DNA from: Gemmatimonadales bacterium
Lineage (GTDB): Bacteria; Gemmatimonadota; Gemmatimonadetes; Gemmatimonadales; GWC2-71-9
Direction of reading: 5' to 3'
DNA: 64,000 nt
NCBI GenBank assembly: GCA_039794085.1
Contig: JBDIWC010000010.1
Location: forward strand, 29,210-93,209
The translations under genes and the position numbers were made by a program. Below the pieces are notes generated by a model. That model saw only the letters and a program-made list of their open reading frames with translations, was not told the origin of the DNA and searched no databases. Below are positions 11,226-21,151 of this stretch, piece by piece. Within the stretch, counting starts at the first letter, position 1. The number at the start of each line of letters is the position of its first letter.

Positions 11226-11768
11226 ATGAGTCGTATCGGAAGGATTGTTCTCCTCGGCGGTGTCGCCCTGGTGACCGCAACGGTCTCCCTGGCGGCCCAG
11301 GCCGTAGCTCCCCCCCCGACCAAGATCGGGTTCGTCAACGCCCGGGCGGTGCTCGCGGGCATGCCGGGGTACGCCCAGGCGGAGTCCCTCTTCGTCAAGG
11401 AGCGGGATCGCGCTCAGGCTGAGCTCACCAGCTTGCGCCAGGTGTTCGACTCCTCGGTGGCCGAATTCGAGCAGCAGCAGGCCATTCTCTCCCCCAGTAG
11501 CCGAGCCGCCAAGCGCCAGGAGCTCGAGCAACAGCAACAACGCCTCGAACAGCGTACGCAGCAGCTGTCGGAAGAGATGGAACGGAAACAGACAGAACTG
11601 CTCGATCCGATGCAGCGCCGGTTGACGGCGGTCATCGACGGACTGCGCGCGGAGGGCAACTACGCGTTCATCTTCGACATGGGCACGCTTGGGCCGGCGA
11701 TCATCTCCGCCGACCAGACCCTCGACATCACGTCCCGGGTCATCGAGCGACTGCGACAGAGCAACTGA
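11226..11768 (+). CDS. skp: OmpH/Skp periplasmic chaperone
   Basis: Signal peptide, KIGFVN, coiled coil, DITSRVIERL; between bamA and lpxD. Confidence 0.88.
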   Translation: MSRIGRIVLLGGVALVTATVSLAAQAVAPPPTKIGFVNARAVLAGMPGYAQAESLFVKERDRAQAELTSLRQVFDSSVAEFEQQQAILSPSSRAAKRQELEQQQQRLEQRTQQLSEEMERKQTELLDPMQRRLTAVIDGLRAEGNYAFIFDMGTLGPAIISADQTLDITSRVIERLRQSN

Positions 11769-11772
11769 GGCC

Positions 11773-12804
11773 GTGACCCCTCGGGTGTGGACCGCGCAGG
11801 CGGTCGCCGACCTGGTCGGTGGCCGCCTGCTTGGTACCGACGGGGTCGTGACGTCGGTGGCTCCATTGGAATCCGCGGACCGGGAAGCGGTCTCCCTCCT
11901 GACCTCGGGGAGGTATCACGCCGCCTTTCGTGAGAGCCGGGCCGGCGCCGTTCTGATGCGACCGGTGGATGCGGCTCTGAAGGGATCCGTGCCGGCCCGG
12001 ATCCTGGTGGACGATCCGGCGGCGGCGATGGCGCGCGTGGTGGAATGCCTCTATCCCACCGAGGATCCCTCGCCCGGTGTCCACTCGACGGTGGTGATGG
12101 GAGAGGGGGTTCGGCTGGGACAGGGCGTGTGTCTTGGACCTCGGGTGATTCTCGGGTGCCGGGTCCAGCTCGGTGACCGGGTGGTGGTGGGCGCCGGGGC
12201 CATTCTGGAGGGGGACGTCACCGTGGGGGAGGACTCGGTGGTGGGCCCCGGGGTGGTCTGTGGTCGCGGGACCCACGTCGGACGCCGGGTCCGGCTCAAG
12301 GCGGGAGCCGTGCTGGGGGGTGAGGGGTTCGGCTACACGACAGAGGGAGGGGGGCATCACCCGGTGCGGCATGTGGGACGGTGCCTGGTGGGAGACGACG
12401 TGGACATCGGGTCGAACAGTTGCATCGATCGGGGAAGCCTCGGCGACACGGTGGTGGGGGACGGCACCAAGATCGACAACCTGGTGCACGTGGGACACAA
12501 CGTCCGCATCGGACGACGCTGCCTGCTGATGGCGGGAGTGGGAGTGGCCGGAAGCACCGTCGTCGAGGACGATGTCATACTCGCCGGGCATGTCGGGGTG
12601 AGTGGACACCTCAGAGTGGGGGCCGGGGCCCGCGTGGGGGCCGGTTCCAAGGTCTGGGCAACCGTCCCCCCCGGGGCGCGGGTGAGCGGACTTCCCGCGC
12701 GTCCCCACCTGGAATTCCTGCGCGCGCAGGTGGCCCTCGCCCGACTGGCGCCGCTCGTCACCCAACTCGAGGCCCTCGCCAAGGAGCACCACCCGGATGG
12801 CTAG
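11773..12804 (+). CDS. lpxD: UDP-3-O-acylglucosamine N-acyltransferase
   Basis: Hexapeptide repeats, GGEGFGY, IDRG, KIDNLVHVGHN; GTG start inferred. Confidence 0.92.
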   Translation: MTPRVWTAQAVADLVGGRLLGTDGVVTSVAPLESADREAVSLLTSGRYHAAFRESRAGAVLMRPVDAALKGSVPARILVDDPAAAMARVVECLYPTEDPSPGVHSTVVMGEGVRLGQGVCLGPRVILGCRVQLGDRVVVGAGAILEGDVTVGEDSVVGPGVVCGRGTHVGRRVRLKAGAVLGGEGFGYTTEGGGHHPVRHVGRCLVGDDVDIGSNSCIDRGSLGDTVVGDGTKIDNLVHVGHNVRIGRRCLLMAGVGVAGSTVVEDDVILAGHVGVSGHLRVGAGARVGAGSKVWATVPPGARVSGLPARPHLEFLRAQVALARLAPLVTQLEALAKEHHPDG

Positions 12805-14071
12805 ACGAACGATCGCGTCACCCGGATCCCTCACCGGGGTCGGTTTGCACAGCGGCGTGGAGGCCTCGGTGCGGGTCGTCGCCGCCGAGTCGGGGTTTGG
12901 AGTCCGATTCCGCCGGGTCGACCTTCCGGGGCAACCGGAAATCCCCGCTCGCAGTCACGCGGTCGAGGCCACGGAACGGCGCACCGCTCTCGGCGACGGA
13001 AACGCCTCGGTACAGACCGTGGAGCATCTTCTGGCCGCGGTGCAGGGGCTTCAGATCGACGATCTCCTGATCGAGATCGACGGTCCGGAGCCCCCCATCC
13101 TCGACGGCTCCTTCGCCCCCTGGACTGCGCTCCTGGCGGAGGCGGGATTCACGACCCTCCCCGGTGAACCGACCATCTATCGCGTGACCAGTCCCTTCGA
13201 GGTGCGGGAAGGGGACGCCCACTATGTCGTGGCCCCTGAGGCCGGGCTGCGGCTCACCACCACGATCGAATGGGACCATCCGGCGATCGGTCGGCAGACT
13301 TTCCAATGTGAGGCGGATCCGGAAGGATTCCGCACCGAACTGGCGGACGCCCGGACCTTTGGATTTCTCGCCGAAGTCGAGCCGCTGCAGGCCCGGGGGC
13401 TCCTGAAGGGGGCGGGCCCCGATAGCGCCATCGTGCTGGACGAGAGTCGGGTGGTCAACGGGCCGTTGCGGCGAACCGACGAGTTCGTGCGCCACAAGGC
13501 CGGCGACATCGTGGGTGACCTGGCCCTGCTGGGGGGGCGCCTGGAAGCGCATGTGATCGCCACCCGGCCCAGCCATCACGGCAATGTGGCCCTGGTCCGC
13601 GCTCTGGAGCGGCGCGCCCGGTGCGAAGGGGGGGGGCCGGGAGGGTGCGACATCGCCCGCATCATGGCGGTGCTCCCGCATCGCTACCCGTTCCTGCTGG
13701 TGGACCGGATTCTGGCGACGGAGCCGAACCGGGTCGTCGGGCTCAAGAACGTCACCATCAACGAACCGTTCTTCACCGGACACTTCCCCGGACATCCCAT
13801 CATGCCGGGGGTGCTCATCGTGGAGGCGATGGCCCAGACCGGTGGCATTCTTCTCATGGAAACCGTCGAGGATCCCGCCTCCAAGGTGGTCTACTTCATG
13901 TCGCTGGACGAGGTGAAGTTCCGTCGTCCCGTCGTGCCGGGTGATCAGCTCCGGTTCGAAGTGCAGGTTCTCCAGCACCGGGGGCGAACCTGTCGCATGC
14001 GTGGCGAGGCCTTTGTCGACGGCAACCTGGTCTGTGAAGCGGTGATGATGGCGAGGGTGGTCGATCGGTGA
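12797..14071 (+). CDS. lpxC/fabZ: Bifunctional LpxC deacetylase / FabZ dehydratase fusion
   Basis: [26 protein letters not shown] followed by [11 protein letters not shown] and [11 protein letters not shown]. Confidence 0.93.
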   Translation: MARRTIASPGSLTGVGLHSGVEASVRVVAAESGFGVRFRRVDLPGQPEIPARSHAVEATERRTALGDGNASVQTVEHLLAAVQGLQIDDLLIEIDGPEPPILDGSFAPWTALLAEAGFTTLPGEPTIYRVTSPFEVREGDAHYVVAPEAGLRLTTTIEWDHPAIGRQTFQCEADPEGFRTELADARTFGFLAEVEPLQARGLLKGAGPDSAIVLDESRVVNGPLRRTDEFVRHKAGDIVGDLALLGGRLEAHVIATRPSHHGNVALVRALERRARCEGGGPGGCDIARIMAVLPHRYPFLLVDRILATEPNRVVGLKNVTINEPFFTGHFPGHPIMPGVLIVEAMAQTGGILLMETVEDPASKVVYFMSLDEVKFRRPVVPGDQLRFEVQVLQHRGRTCRMRGEAFVDGNLVCEAVMMARVVDR

Positions 14072-14841
14072 CCACGATCCATCCGACCGCCCTGGTGGAC
14101 CCCACCGCCACGCTGGGTGTCGGAGTGATCATCGGGCCGTGGGCGATGGTGGGCCCGGGGGTCGAGGTCGGAGATCGGACGGAACTGCATCCCCGGGCCA
14201 CCATCGAACGAAACACCCGGCTGGGCGCCGATGTGCGGGTCGGAGTGGGGGCGGTCGTGGGGGGCGATCCCCAGGACCGGAAGTTCCGCGGGGAGGAGAC
14301 CTGGGTGGAGATCGGGGAGGGGACCGTCATTCGCGAGTACGCCACCATCAACCGCGGAACCGCCGCGGCGGGGGTGACCCGGGTGGGGCGGGGATGCTTC
14401 ATCATGAGCTACGTCCATCTGGCCCACGATTGCCAGATCGGGGACGAGGTGACCATCGCGAACGCCTCCCAACTCGCCGGGCATGTCACCATCCACCCCC
14501 GGGCCACGATCAGCGGATTGTGCGCGCTGCACCAGTTCGTGACCGTCGGCCGTCTCGCCTTCGTGGGAGGGGCGAGCCGCGTGAGCCAGGATGTGCCTCC
14601 CTTCGTCACGGCCGTGGGCAATCCGGTCGCCCTCTACGGGTTGAACACGGTGGGGCTCCAGCGCGCCGGGATGGCCCCCGACGTGGTGGCGGCGCTGAAG
14701 AAGGCATACCGGTTCTGCTTCAACTCGGACGTGCCCCTCTCCCAGGGCATCGCGCGTGCCCGGGGGGAGGTGCCGGTCGGTGAGGTGGTGTCCGAGTTTC
14801 TCGACTTCGTGGAGCAGACCGAGCGGGGAGTCCCCGCATGA
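14068..14841 (+). CDS. lpxA: Acyl-ACP--UDP-N-acetylglucosamine acyltransferase
   Basis: IHPTA, PQDRKF, IREYATINRGT, HLAHDC, GLNTVGL. Confidence 0.94.
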   Translation: MTTIHPTALVDPTATLGVGVIIGPWAMVGPGVEVGDRTELHPRATIERNTRLGADVRVGVGAVVGGDPQDRKFRGEETWVEIGEGTVIREYATINRGTAAAGVTRVGRGCFIMSYVHLAHDCQIGDEVTIANASQLAGHVTIHPRATISGLCALHQFVTVGRLAFVGGASRVSQDVPPFVTAVGNPVALYGLNTVGLQRAGMAPDVVAALKKAYRFCFNSDVPLSQGIARARGEVPVGEVVSEFLDFVEQTERGVPA

Positions 14842-15830
14842 ACGCTCCCCTCCCGGTGGGAGTCATCGGGGTGGGCGCCCTCGGCGGGCACCATCTCCGC
14901 CACCTGACGGCGCTCCCCGGGGTCCGTGTGGTCGGAATCCACGATCGCGACCCCGCCCGCGCCGACAGCATGGCGCGTCAGGCAAACGTCAGATACTTCC
15001 CTGTTGTTGAGGACCTCCTCGCCCGGGTCGAGGCGGTGACCGTGGCGGTACCGACGGGGGTCCACGCCGACATCGGGCTGCGGGCCCTCGCCCGGGGCGT
15101 GGCCGTCCTCATGGAAAAGCCCCTCGCGGCCACGCTCCCCGAGGCCGATGCCCTGGTTGCCGCCGCCGACCAGGCGGGGGTCCTCCTCCAGGTGGGGCAC
15201 ATCGAGCGATTCAACCGGGCCATCCGGGCCGCCCGGCCCCATCTGGACGACCCGCGCTACTTCGAAGGAATCCGGCTCGCCCCCTTCCAGCCGCGCGGGA
15301 CCGACGTTCCGGTGGTCCTGGACCTGATGATTCATGACCTGGACCTCATCCTGCATCTCGGGGGAGGAGCCGGTCCTGACCCCGTCCTGGTGCGGGCCAA
15401 GGGCATGTCTCTCCTCACCCCCACCCTCGATGTGGCCAATGCATGGGTCGAGTTTGCCGGCGGGGCTGTCGCGATGACCAGCGCCTCGCGCCTGGCGCGC
15501 GACGTGATCCGGCAGCTCCGGATCTGGCAGCCCGGAGGATATCTCTCGCTCGATCTGGTCACGGGACGGGCGGAACTGACGCGAATGCGATCCGAATGGG
15601 ACCGCGGGAGCGGCGTCGTTCCGGCCTCCCTGGACGATGTGAGCGAGCGCGTGGTCCTGGAGGCCGAGCCGGCCGACGCACTGGCCCTGGAACTGGCCAC
15701 CTTTGTCCGGGCCGTCCGGGGGGCCGCCGAGCCGGTGGTGACCGGGGCGGAGGGACGGGCGGCGTTGGCCCTCGCGCTCCGGGTGACAGCCGCCATCGAA
15801 TCGACCCTCGCCGCGGCGCCCCTCGCATGA
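14838..15830 (+). CDS. Gfo/Idh/MocA oxidoreductase (GnnA-like position between lpxA and lpxB)
   Basis: GVGALG, MEKPL, VGHIERFN, DLMIHDLD. Confidence 0.85.
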   Translation: MNAPLPVGVIGVGALGGHHLRHLTALPGVRVVGIHDRDPARADSMARQANVRYFPVVEDLLARVEAVTVAVPTGVHADIGLRALARGVAVLMEKPLAATLPEADALVAAADQAGVLLQVGHIERFNRAIRAARPHLDDPRYFEGIRLAPFQPRGTDVPVVLDLMIHDLDLILHLGGGAGPDPVLVRAKGMSLLTPTLDVANAWVEFAGGAVAMTSASRLARDVIRQLRIWQPGGYLSLDLVTGRAELTRMRSEWDRGSGVVPASLDDVSERVVLEAEPADALALELATFVRAVRGAAEPVVTGAEGRAALALALRVTAAIESTLAAAPLA

Positions 15831-16969
15831 CCCGGTCCTCCGCCGGTCCCTGCGTGTACGTGAGTGCCGGGGAGCCCTCCGGCGACCGGCATGCCGCGGC
15901 GATGGTCGAGGCCCTCAGGGCGGCCGCGCCGCAGGTTCGGGTGGAGGCCATGGGAGGGCCCCATCTCGCGGCGTCCGGGGCCGTCGTGCGTCATCAGATG
16001 GAGGAGTACTCAGTCCTCGGATTCGCCGAGATCCTCGGCGCGATTCCGAGGCATGGGAAGTTGCTGCGCACCCTCTCCGCCCGGTTTCGGCGGGGATGCT
16101 ATGACCTGGTGATCCTGGTGGACTATCCCGGATTTCACCTCCTCGTGGCGCGAGCCGCCCGGCGCGCCGGTGTGCCCGTGTTGTACTACATCGCTCCCCA
16201 GGCCTGGGCGTGGCGCCCCGGGCGGGTACGGACTTTGGCCTCCACTGTCACCCGGTTGGCGGTGATCCTCCCGTTCGAGACGGACTGGTTCGGGTCACGG
16301 GGCGTGAGGGCGGAGTTCGTCGGGCATCCCCTGCTCGAGACAGGAGACCGGGAAGATCGAGTGGACCGCGGCACGGAGCGGACCCGTCTCGGGTGGGCTC
16401 CCACCGACCGGGTTCTCGGTCTCTTTCCCGGCAGCCGGGCCCAGGAGGTCAGACGGCTCTGGGGCCCCCTTCGGGAGGCCGCACGGGAACTGCTGGAGAG
16501 GGGACAGTGCGACCGGGTCGTGGTGGCCGTGATGCCCGGAGTGTCCTATCCCGGACTCGACACCTCCCCCCGGTTCTACGCGGTCACGTCATCCGCGCGG
16601 GCTTTTGCCGTGTCCGATGCCGTGGCGGTCAAGTCGGGAACCTCGACACTCGAAGCCGCCTTGAGCGACACACCGATGGTCGTCTGTTATCGGGCCCATC
16701 CTCTCACGGCGTGGCTGGCGCGCCGCCTCCTGCACGTTCCGCGGATCAGCCTGGTCAATCTGGTGGGGGACGACGACATCGTGCCGGAACTTCTGCAGAA
16801 CGACGTGACGGGCGCCCGGGTGTCCACCCTCCTCGGACCCCTGCTCGATCCCGGCAGCGTCGAGACCCAACGACAGCGGGAGGGTCTCGCCCGGGTTCGG
16901 GCTCGGCTCGGAACACCCGGGGCAGCCCGTCGCGTGGCCACCGTGGCCCGGGAGCTTCTCGCCTCATGA
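15827..16969 (+). CDS. lpxB: Lipid-A-disaccharide synthase
   Basis: AGEPSGD, VDYPGF, PQAWAWR, FVGHPL, PGSR, SGTSTLE. Confidence 0.93.
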   Translation: MTRSSAGPCVYVSAGEPSGDRHAAAMVEALRAAAPQVRVEAMGGPHLAASGAVVRHQMEEYSVLGFAEILGAIPRHGKLLRTLSARFRRGCYDLVILVDYPGFHLLVARAARRAGVPVLYYIAPQAWAWRPGRVRTLASTVTRLAVILPFETDWFGSRGVRAEFVGHPLLETGDREDRVDRGTERTRLGWAPTDRVLGLFPGSRAQEVRRLWGPLREAARELLERGQCDRVVVAVMPGVSYPGLDTSPRFYAVTSSARAFAVSDAVAVKSGTSTLEAALSDTPMVVCYRAHPLTAWLARRLLHVPRISLVNLVGDDDIVPELLQNDVTGARVSTLLGPLLDPGSVETQRQREGLARVRARLGTPGAARRVATVARELLAS

Positions 16970-17574
16970 GGGTCGCTCCCGGAGTGGTCCGCGCGATCGG
17001 AGTGCCGGTGGTCGGGGCCCTGGCCCGCAGCTGGCGCCGGGTTCCGGTGGGGGAGGAGTACCACGGCGCACTGGTGGGCAGGCCACACGTCCTGCTCTTC
17101 TGGCATGAGGCCCTCTTCCCATTGCTCTGGCACCACCGGGGCGAGGATATCACCATCATCGTGAGTCAGGGACGCGATGGCACCTCCCTGGCCCAGCTGG
17201 CGGAACGGCTCGGCTTCCGGATGATCCGGGGCAGTTCCTCGCGAGGTGGCGTGTGGGCACTGCGCCAGGCGATCGCGGAGCTGCGGGCCGGCCGGGCCGT
17301 CGCCTTCGCCACCGACGGACCGAGGGGACCCCGTCGGCAGGTCAAGGGAGGGGCGTTCCTCGCGGCCCAACGCGCGGGGGTCCCCATCCTCCCCCTCCAT
17401 GGCGCGGCCGAATCCGCGTGGCGCGTGAAGAGCTGGGACCGTCTCCTGATCCCGGTGCCGTTTGCTCGTGTGGAGATCCGGTATGGGCCTCCCTTCGTTG
17501 TGCCCTGCGGAACAGCCTCCCTCTCCCGCGCCATGGCCCTGGGGGAGACGATGCTGGGAGCGCTCGCCGCGTGA
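16966..17574 (+). CDS. DUF374-type lysophospholipid acyltransferase family protein
   Basis: FWH, RGSSSRGG, DGPRGP, SWDR..IPVPF. Confidence 0.8.
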   Translation: MRVAPGVVRAIGVPVVGALARSWRRVPVGEEYHGALVGRPHVLLFWHEALFPLLWHHRGEDITIIVSQGRDGTSLAQLAERLGFRMIRGSSSRGGVWALRQAIAELRAGRAVAFATDGPRGPRRQVKGGAFLAAQRAGVPILPLHGAAESAWRVKSWDRLLIPVPFARVEIRYGPPFVVPCGTASLSRAMALGETMLGALAA

Positions 17575-18605
17575 CGCGACGGGGCGATGGGCATCGGCTC
17601 CTGCGCTGGCTCTGGACCAGCCGCCGGATCGACGCCCGATTGGCACGGCTCTCGCTGCTTCCGGCGGCTGGGTTGTGGACCACCGTCATGTCGGCCCGGC
17701 GCTTGGCGTATCGCCGGGGGTGGCTTGAAACGCATGACCTGCCCCTGCCGGCCGTGTCGGTCGGGAATCTCTCGGTGGGGGGCTCCGGCAAGACCCCGTT
17801 GGCGGGGTGGATCGCCCGACACTATGTGAAGTGCGGCCAGAAGCCGGGTATTTTGCTCCGGGCGCATCAGGGTGGGGATGAGGCCGCGGTGCACCGTCAT
17901 GACGTGCCCGAGGCGATCGTCGTGGCGGACGCGGACCGGGAAGCCGGGGCCCGGCGCGCGGTGGCGGAGGGCGCCGACGTCCTGATCCTGGATGACGCAT
18001 TCCAGCGCCTCGACGTCTGGCGGGACTACAATATCGCGCTCGTGGCCGCGGAAACGGAACGGGCGGTCCGGTGGCCGTTGCCTGCGGGTCCCTGGCGCGA
18101 GGGGCGAGGCGCCCTCGACCGGGCGGATGCGGTGATCGTCACCCGCAAGCGGGCCGACCGGGACACGGCGGAGTTGCTGGCCGATGACCTGGCGGCTCGG
18201 GTCCGGGGCCCGGTGGGGGTGGTGCACCTTCATCTCTACCGGTTGGAGGGCCTGGTGTCGGGCCGGGTGGTCGACTCACCGCTGCTGGCCGGGAAGCGGG
18301 TGGTGGCGGCGTCGGGAATCGCCGATCCGGATGCGTTCGTGGCCCAGGTGAAGGCCACCGGCGCCCGGGTGCAGGTGGCCACCTGGCGCGATCATCATGA
18401 CTTCCGGGATGAGGACGTGGCGTGGCTCGCCAAGGCGGCGCGGAAGTCCGATCATGTCGTCGTCACCCGGAAGGATGCGGTGAAGCTCCGGCATCGGTGG
18501 CCCGCCTCGATCCCGGAACCGTTAGTGGCCGTGCTGGACCTGGTGTGGGAACGGGGGGAGGGGGACATCATCCGTGGGCTCGACGCGACTGTCGCGTCGC
18601 CCTGA
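17571..18605 (+). CDS. lpxK: Tetraacyldisaccharide 4'-kinase
   Basis: VGNLSVGGSGKTP, GDE, ILDDAFQ, GPWRE, DHHDF, TRKDAVK. Confidence 0.9.
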   Translation: MTRRGDGHRLLRWLWTSRRIDARLARLSLLPAAGLWTTVMSARRLAYRRGWLETHDLPLPAVSVGNLSVGGSGKTPLAGWIARHYVKCGQKPGILLRAHQGGDEAAVHRHDVPEAIVVADADREAGARRAVAEGADVLILDDAFQRLDVWRDYNIALVAAETERAVRWPLPAGPWREGRGALDRADAVIVTRKRADRDTAELLADDLAARVRGPVGVVHLHLYRLEGLVSGRVVDSPLLAGKRVVAASGIADPDAFVAQVKATGARVQVATWRDHHDFRDEDVAWLAKAARKSDHVVVTRKDAVKLRHRWPASIPEPLVAVLDLVWERGEGDIIRGLDATVASP

Positions 18606-18632
18606 CCTTGACCTGGGAGCATTGACGCAGCC

Positions 18633-19943
18633 ATGTCCACTCGGACACCGTCGGGACAGAAACCGATCATTCGGCAGGATCGCGACCTCCGTTTTGCCCA
18701 TGAGGACCAGCCGCTCGAGGCGCTCATGTCGCGCTTCGACGTGGCCGCCGAGCGGCTGAATCTCGATCCCGGACTCTACAAGGTGCTTCGGAATCCGGAG
18801 CGCCAGCTGACGGTGTCGATTCCCATCCAGCTGGACTCGGGAGCCACCGAAGTCTTCATCGGCCACCGGGTGATCTACAACTCCTCACGGGGACCGGGGA
18901 AGGGGGGCATCCGGTTCCGGCCCGATGTGACGCTCGACGAGGTGACGGCCCTGGCGGCCTGGATGACCTGGAAATGTGCGGTCGTCAACATTCCCTTCGG
19001 GGGTGCCAAGGGGGGAGTGGTCTGTGATCCCTACTCGATGTCCAGCGGGGAACTCGAGCGCCTCACCCGGCGCTACACCTCCGGCATCCTGGACATGATC
19101 GGCCCCGATTCCGACGTTCCGGCACCCGACGTGAATACGAACGAACGGGTCATGGCGTGGATCATGGATACCTACTCCATGCACAAGCGACACACCGTCA
19201 CCTCCGTGGTGACGGGAAAGCCCGTCATCATGGGGGGGTCCCTCGGACGGCGGGAAGCCACCGGCCGCGGGTGCATGATCGTCACCCGCGCGGCCCTGCA
19301 GCGACTGGGGCACCGCATCGACGGGGCCCGGGTCGTGGTCCAGGGGTTCGGGAATGTGGGATCCGTGGCCGCGCAGCTGATGGCCGACCAGGGAATGAAG
19401 CTGATCGGGGTCGGCGACCACACCACCGGTCTGCTGAACACCAGCGGCCTCGATGTGCCCGATCTTCTCGCCTGGGTGGCCGAACACCGGGTGCTCGAGG
19501 GATATCCCCACGCCGACCACATCGCCAACGCCGACCTCCTCGAGCTGGAGTGCGAGGTCCTGGTGCCGGCGGCGCTCGAAGGGGTGATCACCAGCAAGAA
19601 TGCGCCCCGGATCCGCGCCCGGGTGATCTGCGAGGGGGCCAACGGGCCCACCTCCGCCCGGGCCGACGACATCCTCGAGGCCAACGGAGTGTTCGTCATT
19701 CCGGACATCCTGGCCAATGCCGGGGGCGTGACGGTGAGTTACTTCGAGTGGGTGCAGGATCGGGGGGGGTATTTCTGGGACGAGGACACGGTCAACGAGC
19801 GCCTGGAAAAGATCATGGACCGGTCCTTCCAGGAAACCTGCGCCATGGCCGAGAAGCACCAGGTGACGCTGAGGGTGGCGAGTTACATGCTGGCCATCGA
19901 GCGGGTGGCCGCGGTGCATCGGCTGCGCGGCATGTACCCGTGA
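18633..19943 (+). CDS. gdhA: Glu/Leu/Phe/Val (glutamate) dehydrogenase
   Basis: [44 protein letters not shown]. Confidence 0.93.
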   Translation: MSTRTPSGQKPIIRQDRDLRFAHEDQPLEALMSRFDVAAERLNLDPGLYKVLRNPERQLTVSIPIQLDSGATEVFIGHRVIYNSSRGPGKGGIRFRPDVTLDEVTALAAWMTWKCAVVNIPFGGAKGGVVCDPYSMSSGELERLTRRYTSGILDMIGPDSDVPAPDVNTNERVMAWIMDTYSMHKRHTVTSVVTGKPVIMGGSLGRREATGRGCMIVTRAALQRLGHRIDGARVVVQGFGNVGSVAAQLMADQGMKLIGVGDHTTGLLNTSGLDVPDLLAWVAEHRVLEGYPHADHIANADLLELECEVLVPAALEGVITSKNAPRIRARVICEGANGPTSARADDILEANGVFVIPDILANAGGVTVSYFEWVQDRGGYFWDEDTVNERLEKIMDRSFQETCAMAEKHQVTLRVASYMLAIERVAAVHRLRGMYP

Positions 19944-20407
19944 CGACACGGGCCGTCCTGGCCGTGGGACGGCTCCGGGCCTGCTTTCGCGACGCCTGTG
20001 ACCTGTACACCGCCCGGCTCGCGCGTCAGGGACCTTGGGTGGTCCAGGAGGTGCGCGAGGCGGGGAAGGCGGGCTCTCCGCTCGTGCAGCGGCGCGAGGA
20101 AGCCCGTCGGCTCCGGGCTCGGATTCCCGATCAGGCCGTGAGGGTGGCTGTCACTCGGGGAGGGAGCGCCTGGAGCAGCCGGGCCCTCGCCGACCGGGTC
20201 GCGGCATGGGAGGCCGGGTCCCGGTCGGTCGTGGTGCTTCTCGGGGGAGGCACCGGACTGGATGCGGAGCTGATTGAGGAGGCGGAGCTCCGTTGGAGTC
20301 TCGGACCCCTCACTCTCCCCCATGAACTCGCCCGGGTGGTGGTGGTCGAACAAATCTATCGGGCCGGGACCATCCTTCGGGGTGAGCCCTATCACAAGGG
20401 CGCGTGA
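19940..20407 (+). CDS. rlmH: 23S rRNA m3Psi1915 methyltransferase RlmH
   Basis: [37 protein letters not shown] tail. Confidence 0.88.
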   Translation: MTTRAVLAVGRLRACFRDACDLYTARLARQGPWVVQEVREAGKAGSPLVQRREEARRLRARIPDQAVRVAVTRGGSAWSSRALADRVAAWEAGSRSVVVLLGGGTGLDAELIEEAELRWSLGPLTLPHELARVVVVEQIYRAGTILRGEPYHKGA

Positions 20408-20410
20408 CGG

Positions 20411-21151
20411 ATGGCGGAATGGTTCGAGACCTGGTTCGGCGAGGAGTACCTCGCCCTCTACGCCCATCGGGACGACGACGACGCCACCCGGCTGGTGGAT
20501 CTGCTCCGCCGCCTGCTCCCGTGGGAGCCGGCGTGGCGCGTTCTGGATGTGGGGTGCGGTCCGGGCCGACATGCCCGCGCTCTCGATCAACTGGGCTCCT
20601 CGGTGATCGGAGTGGACCTGTCGCTGACGCTGCTCCGTCTGGCTCAGCGCGCGACCGATGCGCCGCTCATCCGCGCCGACATGCGGGCTCTCCCCATTCG
20701 ATCCGGAGCTTTCGACCTGACCGTCAATCTCTTCACCAGCTTCGGATATTTCGCCGACGATGCCGAGCACGCCCATGCCCTGCGGGAGATGGTCGGAACG
20801 ATCCGGACCGGAGGCTGGTTCGTGCTCGATTATCTGGACGCCCGGGCCGTGGTGAACGGTCTGGTTCCGGAGGAGCATCAGGTTCTCAACGGAAAACCGG
20901 TCACCATCACCCGGGAACTCACCGGGGAGAATCGCTTCGTGGTCAAGACCTTTCACCTGGCTGATGGAAAGACCTTCATGGAACGCGTGCGACTGTTCAC
21001 GCCCGGGGAACTGGAGGAGATGATCCGCGCGGCGGGCGCCGAGGTGCGCCATCGGTGTGGTGATTACCGGGGGACCCCCCTCTCCACCGCCGTCCAGGAG
21101 AATGACACCGGGGCCCGGACGCTCCTCATCGCGGAGCGTTGTCGATGCTGA
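20411..21151 (+). CDS. Class I SAM-dependent methyltransferase (candidate bacillithiol N-methyltransferase)
   Basis: VLDVGCGPGRH, DMR, FTSFGYF; overlaps bshC. Confidence 0.85.
   Translation: MAEWFETWFGEEYLALYAHRDDDDATRLVDLLRRLLPWEPAWRVLDVGCGPGRHARALDQLGSSVIGVDLSLTLLRLAQRATDAPLIRADMRALPIRSGAFDLTVNLFTSFGYFADDAEHAHALREMVGTIRTGGWFVLDYLDARAVVNGLVPEEHQVLNGKPVTITRELTGENRFVVKTFHLADGKTFMERVRLFTPGELEEMIRAAGAEVRHRCGDYRGTPLSTAVQENDTGARTLLIAERCRC

Noticed and set aside
12797..14071. lpxC-fabZ fusion as a novelty
   Set aside because: This fusion is already well known in Bacteroidota and related phyla.
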